Source: a virus (taxonomy: Duplodnaviria > Caudoviricetes). Taken from it: a DNA stretch of 41,898 nt. Shown piece after piece: positions 41,791 through 41,898 of this stretch. The position numbers and the translations under genes are program-made. The notes below the pieces were generated by a model that saw only the letters and a list, made by a program, of their open reading frames with translations, was not told where the DNA came from and made no database searches. Position 1 is the stretch's first letter. Every line of letters starts with the position of its first letter. The stretch covers positions 1-41,898 of the IMG/VR virus record IMGVR_UViG_3300037440_000669, one strand, 5' to 3'.

Positions 41791-41898
41791 TCGGCGTCGA
41801 CGCCTACGCGCACCGGGGAGCGCTCGCGGCGGGCGGGACCACGGTGGTGGTGCTGGCCTGCGGCGTGGACCGGCCATACCCGCTCGCCCATGCCAACC
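41772..41898 (+). pseudogene. dprA: dprA 3' fragment; continues beyond the window
   Basis: [37 protein letters not shown] is the DprA core motif. An in-frame TAG at 41757-41759 means the phage supplies no replacement N-terminus. Confidence 0.95.

Noticed and set aside
1-41898. tRNA, rRNA or tmRNA genes
   Set aside because: None recognised by eye. tRNAscan-SE or Aragorn would be needed to exclude them.

Overview
The window is an apparently complete ~41.7 kb temperate siphovirus-type prophage in a very GC-rich actinomycete. It is integrated in the middle of the host dprA gene: the DprA sequence ...LAEQDWTVV stops at ~111 and resumes as [18 protein letters not shown]... at 41772, with a shared GTGGT core at both ends. 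Gene order is large serine integrase, repressor/Cro switch with 18-bp operators, early genes (BldN-like ECF sigma factor, RusA-like resolvase, Lsr2-like protein, HNH-containing replication protein with iteron-like repeats), a two-gene moron, a ~290-nt structured non-coding leader, packaging genes (HNH, TerS, DNA methylase, TerL), head, tail, lysis, and a right-end accessory block. Four features stand out: (1) dprA inactivation paired with a prophage-encoded LPXTG-anchored extracellular nuclease; (2) a head module with a 2H-phosphoesterase/protease/scaffold/capsid polyprotein and a recurring E(A/R)-(F/W)DP..PR...GR(F/W) peptide tag; (3) a PhoD-like phosphoesterase fused to the tail hub; (4) the structured RNA candidate upstream of the late operon. 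All family assignments come from motif recognition by eye; no database search or folding program was run.
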